This document shows, in pieces, positions 49,769-60,242 of a stretch of 64,000 nucleotides of DNA. Origin of the DNA: an uncultured Acidobacteriota bacterium (GTDB lineage Bacteria; Acidobacteriota; Vicinamibacteria; Vicinamibacterales; UBA8438). The position numbers and the translations under genes were made by a program. Each line of letters begins with the position of its first letter. The stretch's first letter is position 1. Location: NCBI GenBank assembly GCA_913043225.1, contig CAJWLU010000001.1, positions 288,001 to 352,000 of the forward strand, read 5' to 3'. The notes below the pieces were generated by a model. That model saw only the letters and a program-made list of their open reading frames with translations, did not search any database and was not told the DNA's origin.

Positions 49769-50935
49769 GTGCTCGGTTTCTCACGCTTCAGGCCCCGGGC
49801 CATCCCAGACCGTCGCAGCCTGCACATGGACGGCCGGCGGGGCACGCTGCCGTTCCGCTATGCGGTTGGGACCGGTGACGACTACATCTTCACCGTCGAC
49901 ATCTGGGCCTACCTGGACAAGCGGGACCCGGACCAGCACCTCGGCTGGTGGCGGTTCGAGCTCCCATCTGGGGACCGGCAGGCAGAGCTCGCACTCGACT
50001 TCGACCAGATCAGCATGGCGTCGGTCACGCTCCAAGTCGACGGCACAAGCTATCAGGCCCTCGATGGATGGCAGAACCCAGACTATCCGTTCGACCCGCT
50101 CGCCGATCTCGAACTGGTGTTCCGGAATGCCCAGGGCGAGGTGCAGCGGATCGAACCGACGCTGCTTAAATTTAGCGACCGTGACGGGCTGCGGCGGTTC
50201 TACGCGCGACACTTCGCGACCGACGGGTATACCTCGGCGGAAGAAGCCCCGTTTCTGCCGAACCTCCACGCCTACAAGCTGGACCGGCTCGAACGCCTGT
50301 TCACGAAACACATCCCCGTGGGAGGGTGGGTCGTCGACGTTGGCTGTGGACGGTCGCTGTTCTCGGACATCGATACGACCTTTCCCTTCACGGTGTTTGC
50401 TGGCGACCTGAACTACGACTCGGTGCACACCCGGGCGCTCGAAGTGCCGTCTCAACGGTGGAGCGTGTTCGACGCGGCAGCCGTGCCGCTCGCCGACGCC
50501 AGCGTCGACGCGCTCTTCGCCGGTGAAGTGATCGAGCACCTCACCGACGTCGAAGCCACACTCCGCGAATGGGGCCGGGTGTTGAAGCCCGGAGGAGTCG
50601 CCATCATCACCACTCCGAACCGCGACCGTCTGGTCTCGGTGGTGGGCGGAATGGAGCGCCCCTACAGCCGGGACCACCTCCGAGAACTGTCGTATCGGGA
50701 ACTGACGGGCGAGCTGCTCCCTGCGAGCGGTTTCCGGGTCGTGGAGCAGTCGGGGCTCTATCTCGAGCTGTGGCTCAAGAACCTGTTCAGCGCCGAACCG
50801 GTCCACGACCACCTGCAACGGGGCGGCAACACGAAAGAGCACCTGTCGCTCATGCGGCGCTTGTATCCGTTGGGCCGCTGGCTACCTCGGTGGGCGCTCG
50901 GCATCGTGGTCGTCGCGCGAAAATGGGATACGTAG
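49769..50935 (+). CDS. class I SAM-dependent methyltransferase with an unrecognised N-terminal domain
   Basis: VVDVGCG and EVIEHL...RVLKPGG..IITTPN in the C-terminal two thirds. Confidence 0.8.
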   Translation: MLGFSRFRPRAIPDRRSLHMDGRRGTLPFRYAVGTGDDYIFTVDIWAYLDKRDPDQHLGWWRFELPSGDRQAELALDFDQISMASVTLQVDGTSYQALDGWQNPDYPFDPLADLELVFRNAQGEVQRIEPTLLKFSDRDGLRRFYARHFATDGYTSAEEAPFLPNLHAYKLDRLERLFTKHIPVGGWVVDVGCGRSLFSDIDTTFPFTVFAGDLNYDSVHTRALEVPSQRWSVFDAAAVPLADASVDALFAGEVIEHLTDVEATLREWGRVLKPGGVAIITTPNRDRLVSVVGGMERPYSRDHLRELSYRELTGELLPASGFRVVEQSGLYLELWLKNLFSAEPVHDHLQRGGNTKEHLSLMRRLYPLGRWLPRWALGIVVVARKWDT

Positions 50936-50957
50936 AAGCATCAGCGCAGCGAATCGC

Positions 50958-52616
50958 TCAGCGCCTTGATTGAGTGGGCGTGACCCGAACGACCTGACCG
51001 CCGGAGGCGTGCTCGAGCAGCAGGTAGAGCTCGCCAGTCGGGCCGATCTCGACGTCTCTGATCCGTGCCACGTTCTCGATCAGGATCTCCCGCTCGAGCA
51101 GCTGACCATCCTCGATTCGCAGCCGGATGAGGTCTGCTGCCTTGAGCGAGCCGACCAGCAGATCCCCGCGCCAGGCGGCAAGAGCGTCACCCTCATAGAC
51201 CACGAATGACGACACGGCCACCGACGGGGTGAAATCCACGACAGGTTGGGCAACATCCTCGAGCGACACCTCGGTACCGTGGCGCCCGTCCCAGTTGACC
51301 TCTGTCCCATCGTAGTTCTGTCCGTTCGAGAAGAGCGGCCAGCCGTAGTTGCGTCCAGGCAGCAGTAGATTCAGCTCGTCGCCGCCCCGGGGTCCGTGCT
51401 CGGTTCCCCACAGGCGATCGGTGCGGGCATCGAACTCGAGGCCCTGCGGGGACCTGTGGCCATAACTCCAGATGCTCGGCACCGCGCCGGGCAGATCGAC
51501 GAAGGGATTATCAGCCGGGACTCGGCCATCGTCGTGGATCCGGTGGATCTTGCCGTGCGGCGAGGCGAGGTCCTGAATCCCGTCGTCGCTCTTGTAGCCC
51601 ACGCTCAGAAACACGTACCCGTCCGGGTCGAACGCGATTCGACCACCGGCCACCGAGTCGCTCGAGGGCGAGTAGGATTCGAGCGGCGGCTGCCAGATCA
51701 CTTGCTCGTCTGTCCAGCGGCCGTCTTCAATGCGACCACGGACGAGCTTGACCATGGACACCGGACGCTCTGAGACTCGACTGGCCTCGTTGCAGCCTCC
51801 ACAGCGGTCGGTGTAGGCCAGGTAGATCCAACCATTCTCCGGATAGCGCGGATGCAGAGCAACGTCCAGGAGCCAGCCGATGCCCTCCTCGACACCACCC
51901 AGACCGAGCTGGCTGTCGTCGTAGACCGCCGGCGTACCTTCGATAAGCGTCGAGCGTTCTCCCTCCGGCGTGACGAGCCGAAGGCCGCGCTTCTTCTCGG
52001 TGACCAACACATATCCATCGGGCAGCACCGCGAGGGAGTATGGAAGTGGGTCGAGCCCCGCGATCAGCACGTCGATCTCGAGGTCGTACGCCTGGGTTCG
52101 GATCTCGCCCTCCGGGATGGTGAGCTCGTCCATATAGTTGAACTGCGAGTAGACCAACCCGTCCCGAACCTCGGCTATCCAGAGCGCCAGGGTCTTGATC
52201 TGGTCGGCGCTCATGATAGCGGACCAGGCCGGCATGTCGCGTTCCGGGACGCCGTTGCTGATGCTCGCCACCAGTTCGTCGACAGACGCGCCGCCGGCGA
52301 GCGCGGCCCCGACGAGCGGCGTGCCCTGGGCCGCCCCCTCCATGCGCTCGCCGTGGCAGACGGCGCAGTGCTCGCTGAACAACTCCGCGCCAGCTTCGAG
52401 CATGAAGCGCTCGCCCTCCACATCCCGGTTCCTGGTGTACGTGCCAGTCCCTCTCCCGGGCTCTTCACCACCATCTCGGTCCGTGGAAGGGGCAGCACAG
52501 GCGACGGCGGCCAGGGGCACGATGAGCAGTGCTGCCGCCAGCCAGCGCCACGGGCCGCCCGTACGGCGAAACGCCGAGTACAGCGGCAATGAAGAGGGAG
52601 GGAGCGAAGCGGCCAT
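50958..52616 (-). CDS. PQQ-dependent sugar dehydrogenase (GSDH/aldose type) with N-terminal cytochrome c; lipoprotein
   Basis: Lipobox AVAC; CAVCHG...MPAW; GKIHRI..DG..PADNPF, SYGHRSPQG, EHGPRGGDELN, NYGWP, RIRDV. Confidence 0.9.
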   Translation of the reverse strand: MAASLPPSSLPLYSAFRRTGGPWRWLAAALLIVPLAAVACAAPSTDRDGGEEPGRGTGTYTRNRDVEGERFMLEAGAELFSEHCAVCHGERMEGAAQGTPLVGAALAGGASVDELVASISNGVPERDMPAWSAIMSADQIKTLALWIAEVRDGLVYSQFNYMDELTIPEGEIRTQAYDLEIDVLIAGLDPLPYSLAVLPDGYVLVTEKKRGLRLVTPEGERSTLIEGTPAVYDDSQLGLGGVEEGIGWLLDVALHPRYPENGWIYLAYTDRCGGCNEASRVSERPVSMVKLVRGRIEDGRWTDEQVIWQPPLESYSPSSDSVAGGRIAFDPDGYVFLSVGYKSDDGIQDLASPHGKIHRIHDDGRVPADNPFVDLPGAVPSIWSYGHRSPQGLEFDARTDRLWGTEHGPRGGDELNLLLPGRNYGWPLFSNGQNYDGTEVNWDGRHGTEVSLEDVAQPVVDFTPSVAVSSFVVYEGDALAAWRGDLLVGSLKAADLIRLRIEDGQLLEREILIENVARIRDVEIGPTGELYLLLEHASGGQVVRVTPTQSRR

Positions 52617-52620
52617 AGAG

Positions 52621-53640
52621 TCAGGGCGTCCTGGCCACGCGAAATCCTACGCTGTTGTACGTTCTCGTGGTGTCGTCGTTGCTCCGCTTGGCAGACCGCA
52701 CGCCCATGGGTCCGTAGAACCAGGAGCCGCCGCGAACCACACGCCTCGAACAGTCGCCCGCGTCCCGCCAGACGTCGCCGCCGATCGGGGCGTCAGCATA
52801 GGACTCGTGCCAGCAATCTGCCGTCCACTCCCAGACATTGCCCAGCATGTCGTACAGGCCGAACGCGTTCGGTCGATAGCTCGCCACCGGGGCCGAGACC
52901 ACATGGCCGTCAGCACAATCTACGGTCGACCGCTCCCTGAGCCGCGGCTGGGCGTCCTCGTCGGCGCCATTGGCGAAATCGCACGGGCTTGCGGACCCCT
53001 CGACCTCCCAATGGCGTGCGGTGGTCGTGCGAGCGCGCGCGGCGTACTCCCACTCGGCTTCCGTGGGTAACCGGTAGTGCTGACCCGTGCGCGCGGCGAG
53101 CCACTCGGTGTAGGCCAGCGCATCGTCGAAGGACACGCACACGACTGGCATCGAGGCGACCTGGGCAACGTCCAGGTAGCGTGGATCCCGCCAGGACGCG
53201 TCCACGCCGTCGACAAAGGTGATGCCAGCGTCGTTCAACGCGCGACAGTTCCCGCTGTCGGCCGTCGCGACATACCCCGAGTCCTCCACGAAGACCGAGA
53301 ACTCCGCCACGGTGACTTCGCAGCGACCGAGGGCAAACGACTTCACCGTAACCGTGTGCACTGGCTTCTCGTTACTGTCACCGTCGAGCGAGCCCATCCT
53401 GAAATGACCGCCCTCGATGACGACCATCTCCGGGCCCATCGCCGGGTCGCTGCGACAGACGTTCGGGTCCCGCTCGGGGAGTTGGATGGTCACCTCCCTG
53501 GCAGTCTCGCTTCCGCTGCCGCTGGCTACTCCTCGGCTGAAGAGGCCACCACAGACCAGCAAGGCCAGGCAGACCGCAATCCCCCGCGTCAGTCGCGCGC
53601 CAAGCCGTGTGCCCCTCGCGAGTTGAGACTCTGCAGCCAC
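52621..53640 (-). CDS. formylglycine-generating-enzyme (SUMF1/FGE-sulfatase) domain protein, lacking the catalytic Cys pair
   Basis: Motifs F.MGS, RLPTEAEWEYAAR, PNAFGLYDMLGNVWEW, RGGSW, GFRVAR; SD AAGGAG. Confidence 0.9.
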   Translation of the reverse strand: MAAESQLARGTRLGARLTRGIAVCLALLVCGGLFSRGVASGSGSETAREVTIQLPERDPNVCRSDPAMGPEMVVIEGGHFRMGSLDGDSNEKPVHTVTVKSFALGRCEVTVAEFSVFVEDSGYVATADSGNCRALNDAGITFVDGVDASWRDPRYLDVAQVASMPVVCVSFDDALAYTEWLAARTGQHYRLPTEAEWEYAARARTTTARHWEVEGSASPCDFANGADEDAQPRLRERSTVDCADGHVVSAPVASYRPNAFGLYDMLGNVWEWTADCWHESYADAPIGGDVWRDAGDCSRRVVRGGSWFYGPMGVRSAKRSNDDTTRTYNSVGFRVARTP

Positions 53641-53892
53641 ATCACTCTCCTTCTTGGCCGAGCACTGCGCGGCTCAGTCGCCGCACCACATCCACACGCA
53701 GATGGAGCATGGCGGCCGTACGGCTGTGAGCCGCTGCCACGACGCCTCGAAGACGATAGCAGTTCTCGGAGCCCCCCGGTCGGTGGGGGTTGTTCGGAGG
53801 CGGGGGCGTCACCGTGTGACGGTCGCCCTGCTGACGTGGCGCGGCGACTGACAGCGGACCGAGGCTCCTCGTGCCCGCTTTGGCCCTCGCCA

Positions 53893-54060
53893 TCAACAGA
53901 CTGGAAGCGTGTCTTCGTCGCCAGTGGGGTCACCGCTCCGCGCGAACGAGATGACGGTTGTTCGACCGGCGTTGGCCAGCGCTCGTACCGCAGGATCGTC
54001 GGCGTCATACAGATTCATACGATCGACGCCTCTGGCAAAGCGATTGAAAGTGACTGCTGG
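53893..54060 (-). pseudogene. possible C-terminal remnant of a type-B carboxylesterase
   Basis: PAVTFNRF...YDADDPAVRALANAGRTTVISFARSGDP resembles the family's FARTGDP motif; short and unverified. Confidence 0.35.
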
Positions 54061-54125
54061 GTTTGCCGCGCTCTCGTCGTTTGGAGATTACCTCGCCACG
54101 AGGGTCCCCCCTCGAGCGGTCTAGC

Positions 54126-56015
54126 CTAGTTCCCCTGCCGATCCAAGATCTCCTCGATCCGGTCCATGACCCTGTCCATGCGGGCGATGAGGGCGTCGTA
54201 GGGAGCGTCGATGGCCAGGTCGATGCCGTATTCCTGGAGCAGCTCGTAGGCGTAGCGTGAGCCGCCGGCGGAGAGGACGGCGAGATAGTCGTCGCGCGCC
54301 TGCTCGTCACCGTTGAGAAAGCGCTCGGCGAACATCGTGCCGCCGGCGATCGAGGTGGCGTACTGGAACACGTAGAAGTTCCGGTAAAAGTGCGGGATGA
54401 AGGCCCACTCCACGGCGTAGGCCGGATCGATGTTCATCACCCCTTCATCGGCGCCGTGATACTGACGGAGGAGCTGCTCGTAGACCGAGGTCATCTTCTC
54501 GCCCGAGAGCGCTTCGCCCGCTTCCACCATCTCGTGGATGCGCAGCTCGAACTCGGCGAACATGGTCTGGCGGAAGAAGGTACCACGAGCGGCCTCGAGC
54601 GCCGTGCCCAGATAAAACAGCCGCTCCTCGTCCGAGATGTCCTGGCCGAGCATGTGCTCCTGGAGCAGCACCTCATTGGTGGTCGACGCGATCTCGGCCG
54701 TGAACGTCGCGTAGCTCGAGGTCTCGTAGGGATTGTGCTCGGTCGACAGCAGCGTGTGCACGGCGTGTCCCCACTCGTGGGTGAACGTCGACACGTCGTT
54801 GAACTGGCCGTTGTGGTTCAGCAGCAGATACGGGTGCACGTCGTAGACGCTGCCGTACATGTAGGCGCCGGGTGCCTTGCCCGCTTGCGGATAGACGTGC
54901 ATCCAGTCGCCGGCGAACCCGCGTTCGAGCAGCGACAGGTAGTGGCCGCCCAGAGGCGCCGCCGAGGCCAGCGTCAGCGCCTTCGACTCTTCGATGTCGA
55001 AGGACCGATCCGACGCCACCAGCGGCGGATAGATGTCGTAGTAGTGCAGGTCGTCGAGCCCGAGCATCCGCTGTCGCAAACGGAAATATCGATAGAGCGA
55101 GGGCAGATGCCGATGGGTCGCCTCGATGAGCTTGCGATACACGGCCGTCGGGATGTTGGGCCCGGACAAGGCCGCGTCGAGCGCGTTCTCGTACTTGCGG
55201 GTCTTGGCCTGGAACACGTGCGACTTCACGTGCGTGTCGAGGGTCTGCCCGATCGAGTTCTGGTACGCGTTCCAGGTCCCCCAGAACGCGTCGAACACCT
55301 TCTTGCGGTCGTCTCGATTCTGAGAGGCCCGGTGCAGCGAGTAGCCAGCCTGGTCGAGGGTGACCTCGTCGCCCGTCGACAGCGTGAGGACCGGCCATGT
55401 GATGTCCGAGCTGGTCAGCAGCGCATAGATCCGCTCGGGGCCCTGGACGACCGGACCGGTGGCCGCGAGGATCTGCTCGGCCTCGTCGGAGAGGGTGTGC
55501 GGCTCCTGCCGCAGGGTGTTCTGAATGTTGAACGCGTGCTTCTCGAGGCCGGGGTCCTCGCCCAGATACCGCTCGATGGTGGCCGAACCGACACGCAGCA
55601 GCTCCGGTGACACCCACGACACGGCTTCGCCGAACTCGGACAACAGCGCGGCGGCGAGTCCCCGCCGCTCCTGGTCTGCAGACACGCGACGGTCTTCGTC
55701 AGCCTTCAGGAACGCAAAAACGTAGAGTCGGGCCAGCTCCTTCTCTGTGTCGGAGATCTCGTCGTACGCCTCGCGCAGCACGGCGGCGCTCTCGCCCAAT
55801 CGGCCACGGAAGGCGGCCAGCCCATCGACGCGGGTCTCGAGGCGGGCCTTCGCCGCGTCCCATGCGTCGAAACTCGGGTAGATCTCGCTCAGATCCCAGA
55901 CGATCTGTTCGAGGGGCGTCTCCTGGGCTTCCGCGACCGCTGTCGTCATCATCATCGTCGTCACCATCGTCAGTGCCCCGCCGAGCGCGGGGCAGACACC
56001 GCGTGGCCATCTCAT
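54126..56015 (-). CDS. pepF: oligoendopeptidase F (M3B), exported
   Basis: Motifs WDLSEIY, GAYM, HPYLLLN, HEWGH, AEIAST, FRQTMFAEFE, IPHFY..FYVFQYA; SD AGGAGG before ATG 56015; signal peptide (AEA-Q). Confidence 0.93.
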   Translation of the reverse strand: MRWPRGVCPALGGALTMVTTMMMTTAVAEAQETPLEQIVWDLSEIYPSFDAWDAAKARLETRVDGLAAFRGRLGESAAVLREAYDEISDTEKELARLYVFAFLKADEDRRVSADQERRGLAAALLSEFGEAVSWVSPELLRVGSATIERYLGEDPGLEKHAFNIQNTLRQEPHTLSDEAEQILAATGPVVQGPERIYALLTSSDITWPVLTLSTGDEVTLDQAGYSLHRASQNRDDRKKVFDAFWGTWNAYQNSIGQTLDTHVKSHVFQAKTRKYENALDAALSGPNIPTAVYRKLIEATHRHLPSLYRYFRLRQRMLGLDDLHYYDIYPPLVASDRSFDIEESKALTLASAAPLGGHYLSLLERGFAGDWMHVYPQAGKAPGAYMYGSVYDVHPYLLLNHNGQFNDVSTFTHEWGHAVHTLLSTEHNPYETSSYATFTAEIASTTNEVLLQEHMLGQDISDEERLFYLGTALEAARGTFFRQTMFAEFELRIHEMVEAGEALSGEKMTSVYEQLLRQYHGADEGVMNIDPAYAVEWAFIPHFYRNFYVFQYATSIAGGTMFAERFLNGDEQARDDYLAVLSAGGSRYAYELLQEYGIDLAIDAPYDALIARMDRVMDRIEEILDRQGN

Positions 56016-56080
56016 GCTGGCTCCTCCTGAGACGATCCTCCGCCGAAAACCGAACGGCGTCGCCATTTGCCCGAACTCGG

Positions 56081-58747
56081 TCAACTCTGAGGGTTGACCA
56101 GCTGACGCAGCACGTAAGGCAGGATCCCGCCGTGCCGGTAATAGCTCAGCTCGTCGGGGGTATCGATACGCACGTCGACCGCAAACGACCGGCGGTTACC
56201 GTCGGCGGCCACGGCTTCGACTGTCGCCTGGCTCCGGGGAACTAGCCCGCTGCCGATCCCGGTCACCTGGAACGCTTCCTGCCCGGTCAGCCCCAGCGAC
56301 GCCACCGTCTCGCTGTCCCGGAACTGGAGCGGCAAGACGCCCATGAAGACGAGGTTGCTCCGGTGGATCCGTTCAAAGCTCTCTGCGATCACCGCCAGAA
56401 CCCCGAGCAACATCGTGCCCTTGGCGGCCCAGTCCCGTGACGACCCCGAGCCGTACTCCTTGCCGGCCAGGACGAGCAGGCCGACGCCAGCCTCGCGATA
56501 CCGCATCGCGGCGTCGTAGATGCTCATCTCTTCGCCGTCGGGCTGATAGCGTGTCCATCCGCCCTCGGTGCCCGGCGCGAGCTGGTTGCGCAGGCGGATG
56601 TTGGCGAACGTCCCCCTCATCATGACCTCGTGGTTGCCGCGCCGGCTGCCAAACGAGTTGAAGTCGCCCGGGGCGACCCCACACGAGACCAGATAGCGGC
56701 CCGCCGGGCCATCGGCGGGGATCGTTCCGGCCGGAGAGATGTGGTCGGTGGTCACGCTATCGCCCAGCAGCGCCAGCACCCGAGCGTCGATAATCTCCCC
56801 CGGGGGCGACGGCTCTGGCGAGAGCGCCTCGAAGAACGGCGGATTGCGCACGTAGGTCGAGTCGTCGTCCCAGGCGAACCGCTGCCCCGTGGGGGCCGGC
56901 AGGCCCTGCCATCGATCGTCGCCGTCGAACACGCCGGCATACTTGGAGGTGAACTGTTCGGTCCGCACGGCGCTGGCCATGGCCGACTGGATCTCGGCCG
57001 CAGTCGGCCAGATGTCGGACAGGAATACGTCCCTGCCCTCGGCGTCCTGCCCTAGCGCCTCGGTGGTCAGATCGGTACTCATCCACCCGGCCAGCGCGTA
57101 GGCAACGACCAGCGGCGGCGAGGCCAGATAGTTAGCACGCACCTGCTGCTGCACACGGCCCTCGAAGTTTCGGTTGCCGCTGAGCACGGAGGTCACCACC
57201 AGGTTGCGCTCTCTCACCTCGGCGGACACGTCTTCGGGGAGCGGACCACTGTTGCCGATGCAGGTCGTACACCCGTAGCCGACCAGACCAAAGCCCAGCT
57301 CGGCCAGCGGCGCCATCAACCCCGCCGCCTCGAGATACTCGGTCACCACGAGGGAACCGGGCGCCAGACTGGTCTTCACCCACGGCTTCGGTCTGAGCCC
57401 GCGCTCGGCCGCCTTCTTCGCCAACAAGCCGGCCGCAATCATGACGCTGGGGTTTGACGTGTTGGTACAGCTCGTGATCGCAGCGATTACGACCGCGCCA
57501 TGGTCGAGGGTCTCGCTGCCGCCGTTCCCGGCCGCGGCGTCGCCGGCCAAGTCGCTCAGGACATCGCCAAACGCCGTCTTGGCGCTGGCGAGCGCCACCC
57601 GGTCCTGGGGGCGCTTCGGGCCCGCGATGCTCGGCTCGACCTCGGCAAGATCGAATTCCACCACGGCGGCATACACCGGCTCATCCGCATCGCCGCCAAA
57701 CACACCCTGGGCCCGGGCGTAGGCGTCGACCAACGCCACCTGGCTCTTGTCACGGCCGGTCAACACCAGATAGTCAATCGTCATCTGGTCGATCGGGCAG
57801 ATCGCCACCGTCGAACCGTATTCGGGCGACATGTTGCCCAGCGTGGCGCGGTCGGCCAGGGTCAACGAGGCCAACCCAGGACCGAAGAACTCAACGAACT
57901 TGCCCACCACACCGTGCTGCCGCAGACGCTCGGTGATGGTCAGCACGAGATCAGTTGCCGTCGTGCCTTCCGGTAGTCGTCCGGTGAGCTTGAAACCGAC
58001 GACATCGGGAATCAGCATCGACACCGGCTGGCCGAGCATGGCCGCCTCGGCCTCAATCCCACCGACACCCCAACCCACAACGCCGAGCCCGTTGACCATG
58101 GTGGTGTGCGAGTCGGTGCCCACCAGCGTGTCGGGATAGGCGATCAAACCGTCCCGATGTGGCTCGGTGCAGACGACGCGCGCCAAATACTCGAGGTTCA
58201 CCTGGTGCACGATGCCGGTATCAGGCGGCACCACCCTGAAGTTATCGAAGGCCTGCTGACCCCATTTCAGGAACGCGTAGCGCTCCTTGTTACGCGAGAA
58301 TTCGAGTTGAGCGTTGAGGTCGAAGGCGTTCGCCTCGCGGAAGTGATCGACCTGCACCGAGTGGTCAATGACGAGTTCGGCCGGCTGCAGCGGGTTGATG
58401 CGATCCGGATCACCGCCGAGCCGTACCACGCCGTCCCGCATCGCGGCCAGATCGACCACCGCGGGCACGCCGGTGAAATCCTGCAAGAGCACGCGGGCCG
58501 GCATAAAGGCGATCTCCTTGGTCACTCCCGCCTGCGGATCCCAATTCGCCAGGGCCTGGATGTCGTCGGCTGTCACCCGCGAGCCGTCTTCGCGGCGAAG
58601 CAGGTTCTCGAGCAGTACCTTGAGCGAATACGGGAGTCGCGACACGGAGGGAAACCGCGCCGCCAGGGTCGCCAGACTGTGATACGAGACTGTCGCGCCG
58701 TCGACCAGGAGGGTGGCAAGAGTACCGAAGCTGTTCTGCGTGCTCAT
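56081..58747 (-). CDS. acnA: aconitate hydratase A
   Basis: Motifs [59 protein letters not shown]. Confidence 0.97.
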   Translation of the reverse strand: MSTQNSFGTLATLLVDGATVSYHSLATLAARFPSVSRLPYSLKVLLENLLRREDGSRVTADDIQALANWDPQAGVTKEIAFMPARVLLQDFTGVPAVVDLAAMRDGVVRLGGDPDRINPLQPAELVIDHSVQVDHFREANAFDLNAQLEFSRNKERYAFLKWGQQAFDNFRVVPPDTGIVHQVNLEYLARVVCTEPHRDGLIAYPDTLVGTDSHTTMVNGLGVVGWGVGGIEAEAAMLGQPVSMLIPDVVGFKLTGRLPEGTTATDLVLTITERLRQHGVVGKFVEFFGPGLASLTLADRATLGNMSPEYGSTVAICPIDQMTIDYLVLTGRDKSQVALVDAYARAQGVFGGDADEPVYAAVVEFDLAEVEPSIAGPKRPQDRVALASAKTAFGDVLSDLAGDAAAGNGGSETLDHGAVVIAAITSCTNTSNPSVMIAAGLLAKKAAERGLRPKPWVKTSLAPGSLVVTEYLEAAGLMAPLAELGFGLVGYGCTTCIGNSGPLPEDVSAEVRERNLVVTSVLSGNRNFEGRVQQQVRANYLASPPLVVAYALAGWMSTDLTTEALGQDAEGRDVFLSDIWPTAAEIQSAMASAVRTEQFTSKYAGVFDGDDRWQGLPAPTGQRFAWDDDSTYVRNPPFFEALSPEPSPPGEIIDARVLALLGDSVTTDHISPAGTIPADGPAGRYLVSCGVAPGDFNSFGSRRGNHEVMMRGTFANIRLRNQLAPGTEGGWTRYQPDGEEMSIYDAAMRYREAGVGLLVLAGKEYGSGSSRDWAAKGTMLLGVLAVIAESFERIHRSNLVFMGVLPLQFRDSETVASLGLTGQEAFQVTGIGSGLVPRSQATVEAVAADGNRRSFAVDVRIDTPDELSYYRHGGILPYVLRQLVNPQS

Positions 58748-58871
58748 GGAATACCCGTGTTCTCAGCGAGACGTTGGGGGTCAGGGCGACCCTGGAACCA
58801 CCCATTGTCCGTCAGCCGCGAGAGGTCACGCAACCCGGCACGCGCAGCGCCTCTGACACAATTAGCCCCCT

Positions 58872-59756
58872 ATGCCACGCCTCGGAGCCCACATGTCGAT
58901 CACGGGCGGCCTGCCTCTCGCGATCGAACGCGCCAACGCGGCCGGGTGTGAGTGCCTGCAGATCTTCACCAAATCGTCTGGCCAATGGCGGGCACGCCCG
59001 CTGCCACCGGCCGAGATCTCGGCATTCCGCGAAGGGATGGACGTCACGGACGTTCGGCCCGTCTTCGCCCACGCGAGCTACTTGATCAACCTCGCCTCGC
59101 CGGACGACACCCTCCGTGACCGCTCGATGGCCGCGCTGGGCGAGGAGATGGACCGGGCCGAGGCGCTGGGGCTGGCCGGTGTCGTGCTGCACCCAGGGTC
59201 GTTCACGACCGCGACCCCGGAGCAAGGCTTGCGCCGGATCGCTGACGCGACCGTCTCCGTCCTCCGCCCTCGGGCAACCTTCGACACCCGGCTCCTGCTC
59301 GAGCACACCGCGGGCCAGGGCACGAATCTGGGTCACACGTTCGAACAGCTCGAGGTGATCATCAAAGAGGCCGAAGGGGCAGGTGCACCCGTCCTCGGTC
59401 TCTGCTTGGACACCTGCCATCTGGTAGCCGCTGGCTACGAGCTTAGCGAGCAGGCCGGCTACGACGACACCCTGGGCGAGTTGGACACCAGGATCGGACT
59501 CGAACGGGTCAGCCTGTGGCATCTAAATGACTCCAAAACCCCGCGCGGCAGTCGGGTCGACCGCCACACCCACATCGGGGCCGGACACGTGGGACTGGAC
59601 GGATTCCGGCACGTGCTGACCGACCCGAGATTCGCCGACCACCCGATGGTGCTCGAAACCCCGAAGGCGGGAAACCGACGTGCCGGCGGGGTGGAAGCTG
59701 ACGAAATGGACCTCGAGAATCTCCGAACTCTCCGTCAACTACTGGCGGACCGCTAA
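58872..59756 (+). CDS. nfo: endonuclease IV
   Basis: Motifs GAHMS, HASYLINL, HPG, EHTAGQG, DTCH, HLNDSK, DRH, LETP. Confidence 0.95.
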   Translation: MPRLGAHMSITGGLPLAIERANAAGCECLQIFTKSSGQWRARPLPPAEISAFREGMDVTDVRPVFAHASYLINLASPDDTLRDRSMAALGEEMDRAEALGLAGVVLHPGSFTTATPEQGLRRIADATVSVLRPRATFDTRLLLEHTAGQGTNLGHTFEQLEVIIKEAEGAGAPVLGLCLDTCHLVAAGYELSEQAGYDDTLGELDTRIGLERVSLWHLNDSKTPRGSRVDRHTHIGAGHVGLDGFRHVLTDPRFADHPMVLETPKAGNRRAGGVEADEMDLENLRTLRQLLADR

Positions 59757-59911
59757 GCTGGACCTCGTTCAACGAAGACAAACGCCTCGAACCGGTACCG
59801 GGTCGCGGCGGCATCATGCAGGTACCCCTTCACAGCCTCGATGAGCGCCTCGGCATCTCCGGGATACCACTGACCGACGACCGCAACCGGCCGGACACCG
59901 CCGACGCTCAC
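59753..59911 (-). pseudogene. truncated AmmeMemoRadiSam protein B (MEMO1 family), N-terminus only
   Basis: The GTG overlaps the stop of the upstream gene (GTGA) and gives MSVGGVRPVAVVGQWYPGDAEALIEAVKGYL, matching R.PAVAG.(W/F)YP; stops after 52 aa. Confidence 0.65.
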
Positions 59912-60168
59912 GGTCTGTCCTCGACCTGAGGTTCGGTCTCGTCGAGCGGAGATTCATCCGACTCCAAGCCAGGCGGGGTTGCGATAGCTTGTCGAAGCAG
60001 CACGAGCCGCACGCCTATGAAGACGAGTAGGGTGAGGATGGCCGGGCTGCCCATGACGAGCCAGAACGGGTCGAGCGCGAGCCCGACCACGAGCGACAGC
60101 ACCCCCAGGATGAGCATGATGCCTACCATCCACGGCGGATGTTGAAACACCGGACGCTGGTCAGTCAT
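59908..60168 (-). CDS. small two-TM membrane protein
   Basis: Two hydrophobic segments and an acidic tail. Confidence 0.7.
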   Translation of the reverse strand: MTDQRPVFQHPPWMVGIMLILGVLSLVVGLALDPFWLVMGSPAILTLLVFIGVRLVLLRQAIATPPGLESDESPLDETEPQVEDRP

Positions 60169-60242
60169 TGGCGGTTGCTCGATTGTGGCACAGTCGGCAC
60201 ACGGTCGTTGACCGACTCGGGGTGGTGTGGTTCGATAGCCCC

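Noticed and set aside
52621..53640. Calling this a true formylglycine-generating enzyme or a diversity-generating retroelement target
   Set aside because: The catalytic Cys pair is absent, there is no adjacent sulfatase, and no reverse transcriptase or template repeat was seen.
55943..55972. ATC/GTC trinucleotide run
   Set aside because: Imperfect; it only encodes MVTTMMMTT in the PepF signal peptide.
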